NCBI GenBank assembly: GCA_002245135.1
Contig: NGBS01000300.1
Coordinates: 62,001 to 126,000 of the forward strand
Direction: 5' to 3'
DNA length: 64,000 nucleotides
Origin: Proteromonas lacertae
Lineage: Eukaryota
Made by a program: the position numbers and the translations under genes. This document shows, piece by piece, positions 54,101 to 64,000 of the stretch (its first letter is position 1; each line of letters starts with the position of its first letter). The notes under the pieces were generated by a model. The model worked only from the letters and a program-made list of their open reading frames with translations, did no database searches and was not told the DNA's origin.

Positions 54101-57100
54101 ACTCATAATTTGAATTAACTTTCTTATGTTTATAAGCAGGTGAATATATGTCAACTTTGTATGTATCAGCTACAAATAATTTAGTTAATACTGGATAAAA
54201 TTCACTATTCTCTTTCTTTCTGTATAATTCAACTTTTACTTCATTTGTTTTTGATGTTAATACATCTCTTTTGAAGTAGAATAAATCTGTTGATAATTGT
54301 GCAAAATAGTGATATATTTTTCCTTCAATAGTCTGATCTGGATCACAAATAACATGTGATGTATGTACAAATGTAAATTGATCTTCTAACATAAAACAAG
54401 TATAAGTTAAATCAATTGTCATTGTATAAATATCGAACTTTAATGTATAAAAATTTTTAGTAAAAGATTTAGGAATTGTTACTTCATACATTACTGTCGA
54501 AAATCTATGGATAAAGTCATACTGATTATCATAAATATCAAATAAGAATTCATCATAGTAATTCTCATTTGCACATACATTTTCACTTCTATTATTTCCT
54601 TTACTATCTTTACTTTGTATATAATACCATATTAAATCATGTGCTTTTTGAGTATAAACATAATCATTTCCATTATCATTATTATTGTGTAAATTCTCTA
54701 TACTTCTCAACTCAATCATATTTATATCTAATTTTCCTGGTGATACACAGATTGTATATGTTTTATTTGATATTAATTTATCATTGTAAGTTATGGCAAT
54801 TGAATAATTTCCTGTTTTTGTCAATGTAATTTCACCAAAGTAAGTTCCATTCTCACTATTATAAATACTATATCCTATTTCTCTAGTTTTAGTAACTTCA
54901 TGTATTGCTGTAACTATGAATCTATAACTTGAATTAGTAATTATATTCTCCAAATCATCTTTTGGAAGTATTTCTATTTTCACAGTTCTATCAATTGTAT
55001 TATCTGTTGGTAAAGTAATTTCTGAATGTACAATTGATATTTCATTTGGTATAACAGTTATATCAATTGAATTGCATTCATTTTTCACATTTATTCCACA
55101 ATATAATATCAAATTCTCATCTTTTAATGTTAGTTTATATATTCCATATTTTCTAGCCATAAATTCAACATAATAATATCCTTTTTCTATTCTCTGTAAT
55201 GGTAATTGATAAACTTCAAATTCAGTAGAATGAATTAAAGTAGCATTAAATTCAGATATATCAATATCAGTATTTCTTCCATATTTATCTAAAGTGTCAA
55301 TATATATTCTACCAACTTGACCAGCTTTAACAGTAAAATCAGAACTATGTATATTCACGAATATATAATCTAATAAACCATTGCTTATTTCAATATTGAA
55401 TGGAGAATCTTTGATATTATTTGCTTTATATAATTGGTTAGGATTTATTACTTCTTTTTCTATTTGGTTATGAGACCAACTTAACTTGAAGTAATGATTG
55501 TTTGTATTTTCATTTAATACATATTCTATTACAATATCATAGAATAAATCCTTCTGTAAATAAACACTCTTATGATATTCACCTGGTAATGTTTGATTGA
55601 TGATTTCTTTACCTTCAATATATATCTTTATATAATCATTTGAATTTGAATATATATTATAATAACCATTATTTAAAGATAATAATTTACCACTCCATCT
55701 TATTGATTTATAATAATTATTATTAAATACAAAATCAAAAGTAGAATCTAATTGTGTTTTCACTGGCTTAGAATAGAAGTAATAGTTATTGTAATATTCA
55801 CCTGTTAATCCACCATTATTCAATAATTTCACATATAAATCATAATTTCCTGATTCTTCTACAATATAACTACCTTTATAAACTGGATTTAAACTTGGTA
55901 GAATAACATTACTTTCAATATGAGGTTCATAACCATTCATTGAATGATAATTCATCTTACTTTCATATTCAACAGTGATATAATCTTTAATTTTATCTTT
56001 AGAACCAGTCATATGATCAAATAAAGGAGTAAACAAATCAACAGCATCTGTAACTACACGATAATATGTATAGTTAAATCCTTTATATAAATCAACTAAA
56101 GCAATTGTTACATTACTGAATTGTAATAATATTGATTCTATATCTTTACTACTTGCATCTACTCCAATTGGCATTGATATTTCATTATTATATTGTAATT
56201 GATAATAACCTGATAATCGTGTAGGTGTTCCTCCATTTAGTTTTATATTCATTACACTGTAACGTATAATCATATACTTCTATTGGATAGATATTAGAAT
56301 AAACATCACTAAATCTGATTGTATAAACGTAAGTCAAATCACTCATTCTCTTTGTTATATTTATATTATCTTCACTTATTGATGTTAATAGACTAATATT
56401 CTTAATTAATTCTAATTCTGTCATATCATATGATAGAATATATCTTCCAATATTATTGTTATATTTCATTGTAAATGTTCCATTTGGATGATCTGACCAA
56501 CTCAATAATATTTGTTGAATGCTTGAATAAGGTTTGATATCTCTCACTTTTACTTCATTATCATCATCATTTACATCTTTTACTATTACATTTACAATAT
56601 CTTCTTTATAAAATCTAATAATTAAATCGTATCCATCAAATAACACATCAAATAGATTATTATCAATAAAATACTTCAAATTCATTCTTAAATCATTTGT
56701 AGTTGCATTGACATTGATTTTTGAGTATATTTTATCATTAATTATTACATTATATGTTGTATTATTATCATCACTTCCATTATTATTCAATTTGTACAAT
56801 TCATATATCTTTGTGCCAAATGAATAAGATACTACTCTAGCTAAATTACCTTGATTCATTTTCTGTGTATTATTATATACTTCAACATAGAATAAATCAT
56901 TTCTATTAAACTGTTTAGTGTTTTGAATATTCTTTACTAATTCATTGTTAATATCTTTTGGATAAATAGTAAATTCGTTAATTATTGCATTTCTTAAAGT
57001 TCTGAAGGTTATTAATACATTTGTTTCTCTTAACTGCAATTTCAATTCATCAAAATCAAAAGGTGTTAAATATTTAATTCTTATTATAAACTCCACTTTA

Positions 57101-60100
57101 TTGTTATTATTACCAACTATTTGATTGAATTGTATTTCATTCTTTCCTATTGTCTGTAATTGTGATACTTTCAAATTTCCAATTATTTCTTGTAGTTTCA
57201 ATACACTAATATCACTTAAATTAACATATTCAGAATAATCATAATCAGTTACAAATCTAATTATTTCTTTATCACATTTTACTTGTTGTATTTCATAATT
57301 ATAACCACTTATTCCTTTACTCAATGCAACTCCTTCAGCATATGAATATATAGGACTTGTAGATTGTTCTAGAATAAATGTCAACTTAGTATTTTCAGAT
57401 TCTTTGCTTTCTCTTTGATTATCAAATGATGTAATAGTAAATGAGTAATGATATTTGTAATTATTCAATATAATATCATTCAAATTCATAGTAATCTGTT
57501 GAGATTCTATATTTGGATTGTATATCACTTTATTTAACTCAATTATTGTATCATAATTGTTAATTACTTTAACATATGAAGTTGATGGTAATAAACTGCC
57601 ATAATGACTAATAAAACCATTATTACATTCATCTCTAGATAATTTCACTGAATATTCAACAGAATTGCTATTTGTACTATTCAATAGAGTAACTTTGGCA
57701 TTGTTTATCACAGGTATTTCATTGATTTTTTCTTCTAATTCATAAGCTGTAACATTGTATGGTATTTTGTCAGTATAATAATCATGATATTGTAATACAA
57801 AATAACCAGATTCAGCATTATTGATAATAACCATTAACTCACATCCATATCCATTAATTACATCAGTCTTATATAAGTATAATTTATAACCTAATATTGG
57901 ATTAATAATTGATATATGTTTAGGGTTATTCCATGTAATTATTACACTTGTATTAGTGATTAAATTCCATTTAATATTAGTTGGTGTTTCTGGTAATGGT
58001 GTTGTATATAATTTTGTTGATTTACTGTTACTAATACTATTTCCTATTTCATTCTTAGCTGATACCGAAATGATATATTTCTCATTACATTGTAAATCAG
58101 TTAGATTGTAATAATAATCAATTTTCTCTATATCATTTTCATTAATATCTATTGATACTGTTTGAATGTCAGTTTTATCAGTAAAATAGTGTAATTCATA
58201 ACTGTTAATCATTTTACCACCACTATTTTGAGGTAATTTCCATCTTAATTCTACACTACAACTGTCATCATCTTCTTCTTCTTCAACATCATTATTATGA
58301 TTATTTGTATTAATTCTTCTTACAATTGGTTGAGATGGTGGTAATATTGGTTCAGTTTGTATATTCATATTATTTACATGAATTAAATCACTTTTCATTC
58401 CTCTCTCTTTATTATCATAAATACACTGAATCATAAAATCATAACTACTATCCATTTCAAATATATTATCAATAACGACTAGATTTTTGAAATTCTCTTT
58501 TTCTTCTTTATTACTTCTTGTATCATATAATAATATTTCCTCATTATTATTTCTAATTCCGTAGATTAAATAACCTGTAATATTTCTATTACCTCTACTT
58601 AATGATTCTTCCCATACAAATGAAATACTATATGAAGTATAATTCACTAAATATAAAGTCGGTTTATATAACTCATTATCAATAACATTTGATGATTTTA
58701 CACTAATTGGTTCATTCCAGATAGCAGGTAAACTTCTAACTATTTTATCATTAAACTTACCAACTAAGTTTACCTTCCAATAATATTCATTATTTGGTTG
58801 TAAATAGACTGTTTTATTACCTCGATAACTTGTATTATATTTAGTAGAAATATAATCTTCATTTTCATTAGTAGTATTTATAATCAATTTAACATTATCA
58901 TTATCACTATCAGTTACTATTTCTAATACCTTTGCATCTTTATCATATACATTTATATACTCTACAATCCAATAATAACCTGTATTAGTATAATATCTCT
59001 GTATATTCAACTCAGGTAAATCATTAAACTGTCTATGTAATAAGTAATTCAAATCATTAGCTTTAGTGTCATAAGCAATTGGTATTTCTCCAATTGTATT
59101 ATTATATTTCAATTGGAAAGTTGGATAGTTCAAATTGTAGATATAATTATTCATTAATAAACTCTCATTCTTATCAACATAATATAAGTTAAAATCATCA
59201 ATACTGAAATCCATATAATTGGGTATTCCATTAGTTGTATAGTTTAATATTGTTATATTATATTCATATATAGAATATGGAGTTAATCTATCTGTTACTT
59301 CAACTACAGATATGCAATCTAATTCTTCTAATATTGACTTTAATTCATTTCCTGTTATATTGTATTTGATATTACCAGTTGTACATGTATTAATAGTGAT
59401 TCTATAAGATCCATCCATTGATAATCCTTTCTTAGAGTTACAATACTCACTATCAGTCTCACAATAATAGAAATGTAATAAAGTACCAGTTAAACCACTA
59501 GTATTCACCTCTATTACAGGTAAACTACCATTTACAGATAGATATTCAATAATTAAATGTCCAGGTATTAATATATTGTCTTTATATATATTCTTGTTAC
59601 ATTAACACCAGCAATTGTTGGTAATGAATTTAATGCATTTGCAATTGCAGATTCATCATTAATACTAACTGGTACAGTTGTATCTCCTCTAAATGTAAAT
59701 ATAACTGTTCCATCAACTGGTTTAACTCCTCTTACAACAACAGAATATTCTATTCTTCCATTCAAATTACTAGTGTCAAATGTAATATACTTATTCATAT
59801 TATCTTGATAATTATTGAATGTTAAATAGATAGGTAAATCTAATGTATCTTTACAAATTGGTTTAATATCAAATTCACCACTTCTTTCAACAGTAATTGA
59901 ACTATCAATACCACTCATTATTCCTTTAAACTCATTGAATGATATATTATAATCAACAGAAATATTATCATTAATCATAAATGAACCACTTGTAGCAATA
60001 CAATAAATCATTTCAACTTGTTTCACTTCATCTAATGGAGAATCAATAATGAAATCTTGAACTTCATGAATATCTGAATTAGCTATTGTTTTAATATTGA

Positions 60101-62353
60101 ATGAATAGGGTAATGGTTTAACATTCATTGATATATTCTGAGTAACTATTTCATATTTCTTATTTCTTACTTCTAATTCACAATATACATCATTTTCATC
60201 ATATAAATTTGAACTAATAATATCCCAAGATAATTCAACTGTATTATTCTCACTTATATCACTTGTCTTTAATTCTATTGGTTGTTTTAATAATAATTCA
60301 TAATCTGGCTTGATAATGATAGGATTAGTAACATTATAATCATAATCAGAGAATGTTGAATTGTTATAATATAATCTTCTTCTTACTTGATAATTCTCAC
60401 CTTGAACCATCTCTAGTTTTGTATTGGTTTTATCTTTATTTGTGATTATTACTGTATATAATGGTTTACCTTCTTGAGATATATATGGTATATAAGTAAT
60501 ATTATGAATTAACTCCATTTCTACATTTGTCTTATAATCTTTAATTACATTCAAATTATTGATCTTTAAGTCATCATAATTGAATAAATTGTTATTGAAT
60601 GTGATTAACCATAAACATTCGTAATTTGTATTTTTATAACATACTTTATCTACATCTACATCTTGAATCTCAGGTAATTCTTCTAATAATAATTTCAATG
60701 AAAAATCAGTAACATTAAATGGAATTGGTTTAGTAACAGCGTTTCTATATTCAAAGGTGAAATATCCTGATAATTCATGACTAATATCACTATCTCCATT
60801 TATTATATTGATTGTTACATTGTTTATTTTGTATTGAGGTATTTGGTTGAATGATAAGAACACAATATCATATTTTGATTCATTCATTGATATTTTACTT
60901 TTTATTAATACATCTCCGAATATCTTCATTTCATTGAATAATGATTGTAATACCTCAGTACGATTGTTGATTGGTGGAATTTCGGTAGAATTATCATCTG
61001 AATTATATTCTGGTAATTGAACATTGAATTCTATTTCTTTGTTAATATTTAACTTACTATCTGCTAGTATTGTTAGTGTAATATCAGTAACATTGGTTGG
61101 TAAAGTGAAACTGTGAACTGGCTGGATAAATTGAGTGAATGTTTCACATATTGGAGTATATACTTCAGCATAGCTGGTTTGTTTGAAGGTTGAATTATCG
61201 GTAAAACATTCAACTGTAATATTATCGAAATCAGTATAAATATCATTCAATATAACATCAGCTTCAAATCTATAAAACAAAATATAAAATTACTAAAAAT
61301 ATACCCGTTAAATATGTTTGGCTTGTAATTCCATATTGAAATATTAGTCGTTTCATAATAAAAATTTGTTAAAATCTTATTCAATTCCATCTCTGATGCG
61401 TTGATTGGTATTTCAACTGTTTTATTGAGACTTCTAAACATAAATTGACCTTCTAAACTTGAACCATCACTTGTTGTTAACTTATTACATAATTCAGTGT
61501 CATTCTTACCACTATGACATAAATAGATGTAATTGTCTTCATTCAAATTATTAATTAACTTGAATTCTGGTCTATTGTTATTCTTCATGGATGATTGTGG
61601 TAAATCATACTCAATCTCAATATATCTATCATAATAAGGGTATTTTGAGTTAACATTCTTATCACTCAACTTGAATTCAGATATACCAACACTCACTAAA
61701 CTCTCAGCAATCACATCTAAGCTGGAATTATAACTAATTAAGCTACTTCTTGAGTTGTTGTATTCAATCATGAAATATCCTGCTATTGGTGTAGCATCAA
61801 TATTCTCAAACAATATCTTTGGATGTTTACCGATTAAGTTGTGAGTATAACCAATTTCTATATTATACTCATTTCCAACATTTGGTTGGTAGTAAATAGT
61901 GTAATTACGTTCTGGAGATTCTTCTGATAATTTCTCAACTTCTACTTTTTCTACTATGTTTGGATAACTCTTGTTAATTGCATTAAATATCTCATCAGTA
62001 GTATTCTGGTAGTTTAACTCTGTAGTAATTGTTATATTCATAGATGAAGGTCCAATTATCTTCAATTGATACTTGCCTTTATTTTTTAAGTAGAATCTTG
62101 TCAATTTCTGAGTGTTCTTTGAAGTCATTACGATAGTCTGGATTTCTTTAGCTGGAGAATTAAAAGTTGTCTTTATCTTTATCCCAGCACCACTACTTGG
62201 AAGAACAGCTGTTTTTACTTGAACTATACTACCTTCACCAAAGTTTTTGTCAATATCATAACTTTGATTCACAATCTCACCATAAGGATCGTCAGGAATT
62301 TCAGCACATGTGCATACAAGAAAACACATCAACATTGACAATATCACTCTCAT
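21122..62353 (-). CDS. Giant secreted multidomain protein (~13,700 aa): signal peptide, many FN3 repeats, three PA14-like domains, filamin/Ig-like repeats, an uncharacterised repeat, Thr-rich C-terminal tail
   Basis: ATG 62353 (MRVILSMLMCFLVCTCA). Eleven same-strand ORFs abut or overlap, and motifs continue across the junctions. They are joined by 3 GT-AG introns (61270-61304, 22103-22131, 21766-21811) and 9 frame breaks. (41232-110-10)/3 = 13,704 codons. Confidence 0.8.
21204..21283 (-). repeat. (ACN)n Thr-rich mucin-like tract at C-terminus of giant protein
   Basis: Encodes TTATTTIDVDTTTTTTTTTATTTTTTT. Confidence 0.85.
49940..50370 (-). other. PA14-like domain within giant protein (others at ~52290-52740 and ~55440-55830)
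   Basis: GLLGEYH...RRVDRIIDFYW...SIKWTGFI...NDGCKVVID...YPITIEYRD...IQLQWSS...IIPSTRLF. Confidence 0.75.
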
Positions 62354-62600
62354 TTTGCTATAAAAAATAAATAATAATAAAAGCAAAATAAATTGATGGA
62401 ATTATAAGAGATGAAATAATTTATACCTTCAGTAAATAGCAAAACAAATATCAGTGAAAATGGTCAACCAAAAGTAAATTATGTTGAGTTGTGGTGTATG
62501 AAAATATAAATTGGGTTTTGATAATTTTGGATAACCACATATTTAAAAGTATTTTTATATCTCTTGTAGTGAGTTGGTAACAAAATTAATATTTCTGTAA

Positions 62601-64000
62601 ATGTCAGTAAGCAATTATACATCTGAAATTAACTTAAAACTCAATCTTCCTCCAGATTTTGGTCTTCACAGGTTTGAAGATAATAAGAAATATATGGATT
62701 CTCTTATGAATAACGATGATCCTTATTTATATGTACAAATCAAATTAAATAAAGGAAAAGTGAAAGCTGAGTCAATTCGAAGTATTTATTGGATGGTTGC
62801 TTTAGATTGTGTTGAAATAAAAGAAGAATATCCTGTTAAATCCTTTATACAATCACTTCGTTCAGCAAGGCAAAGATACGAAAATCTCAAGATTTCCTAT
62901 GGTTTGAACTCAAAACTCACAAATACAACAGCAAATGTAGAATCAGACAATAATATAGAAGAATTACAAGAAGAAATAGTAAAGGATATAGATAGATTAT
63001 TTCCAACAGGATGTGAAGATTTTTTCGAGCAAAAGTCAGTTCGTCAAACCATCACTCAAATCTTAACTGTATGGTGTTTAGAACATCCAGTACTACGATA
63101 TAGACAAGGAATGCACGAAATATTAGCTCCAATTTATTACATTGTAGAAAGAGACAAACTATTCAATTACAAAACAAATAACAATGAAAATGATGAAATA
63201 TATGAAATATTCAATCCAAACTATGTAGAACATGATAGTTTTATAATATTTGACAGTTTAATGAAACATTTAAGCGTATTATATGATAATAATGAAATGT
63301 TTGATCATGAAATAAGTGATGATAATTTGCCTTTGATATTAAGAATGTGTAATAAAATAAGTGAATCAATAGAATATTACTCACCTGATTTAATGATACG
63401 ATTTAAAAAAGAGAATTTTGATTTAAGAATGTTTATATTAAGATGGGCAAGGTTGATGTTTGCTAGAGAGTTTAATATCGATGTTGTGTTGAGATTATGG
63501 GATTATACATTTGGTGATATTGCAAAGAAGAAATATTTATTGAGTGAATTAATAGAAGCAGAATGTACTGCATTTGTATAATTATATATTATATATTATT
63601 GTTTTATTATCTTTGTAGATATTAATACAACAACCAAATCTGTTGATGAGTAATTTATGTCATATTATTCAAACATTGAATGAATATCAATTAGATATTC
63701 CAATAGATTTTATCTATCAGCAATCTAAATTAGTATTGAAGAAGAAACCATTGGAGTTTTTAGCTAAAGTAATTATACCTAAATCAATTGCTGAGGAACA
63801 ACAACAAAATAATAATAAACCAAAAATCAATACTGAACAATCATCAATTCAACCACAATCTATTCAATCACAGCAACAGAATTCTCCAAGAGAGAGTAGT
63901 TTTTCCTTTTTCTCATTTTTTTCTACCTTAACAGGTTCAAATGTAAATACTCCAAAATCAGTTGAAAATACTCCAAAGAAAGTGAATAATTCAAAACCAC
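62601..64000 (+). CDS. TBC-domain Rab GTPase-activating protein (TBC1D5-like), 3'-partial
   Basis: IVKDIDRLFP..FF, YRQGMHEILAP, VEHDSF and LRWARLMFAREF..VLRLWD. Intron 63576-63618; the frame is open to the window end. Confidence 0.9.

Noticed and set aside
33625..56273. Strict Euplotes-type AAA-stop frameshift rule
   Set aside because: At 51680, 56241 and 33660 the likely shift is 11-18 codons upstream of the 0-frame stop, and no site reads AAA-TAA or AAA-TAG.
26262..56290. Tiny GT-AG introns as the general explanation of the frame breaks (e.g. 16-nt GTATAATATACTATAG at 40652-40667, 16-nt GTTTAAATTAAATAAG at ~27193-27208, 13-nt GTGAATATAACAG at ~27322-27334)
   Set aside because: They are shorter than any verified intron here (26 nt minimum). 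No frame-restoring short GT-AG pair exists at 33341, and at 26270, 51680 and 56241 the candidates delete conserved repeat residues or create stops. The 40652 candidate remains individually possible.
21138..62370. Short plus-strand ORFs antisense to the giant gene, and similar shadow ORFs over the PFKs, EBP2 and others (including the Cys-rich 21143-21499)
   Set aside because: They are antisense by-products of codon bias and the Thr repeat, mostly with TTG/GTG starts and no recognisable motifs.
1..64000. Alternative genetic code (stop reassignment)
   Set aside because: Conserved genes terminate at TAA/TAG where expected and Trp is TGG. The breaks need frame changes, not readthrough, apart from one TAG.
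1..64000. CRISPR arrays, tRNA/rRNA genes, transposases
   Set aside because: No direct-repeat/spacer arrays, structured GC-rich RNA genes or transposase/RT motifs were seen by eye.

Overview
Very AT-rich, gene-dense nuclear DNA from a microbial eukaryote with short spliceosomal introns (26-60 nt, mostly GTA...TAG). Intron size, PPi-PFK and the giant FN3/PA14 surface protein suggest an anaerobic stramenopile such as a Blastocystis/Opalinata-like organism, but this is inference only. Positions 1-14.7 kb hold housekeeping genes: Kv-beta-like aldo-keto reductase, YIPF, SLC17-type MFS transporter, a head-to-head PPi-PFK alpha/beta pair, ERICH2-like, Hsp110-like, NAF1, EBP2 and CFAP20. Positions 15.1-19.0 kb hold a disrupted SPRY-like/Crinkler-RHS-type NTPase gene. 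Positions 21.1-62.4 kb (minus strand) reconstruct as ONE ~13,700-aa secreted FN3/PA14/filamin-repeat protein, and a TBC Rab-GAP starts at 62.6 kb. There are two main surprises. (1) Eleven reading-frame breaks in three genes lack a convincing normal intron. Ten are +1 and one is +2 (formally equal to -1, or two +1 events), and all can be repaired by skipping extra sense-strand A. This indicates either pervasive +1 recoding or deletion editing, or an insertion-biased assembly artefact. (2) Two AT-AC (U12-type) introns in the transporter gene share a variant donor, ATATCATTTT.
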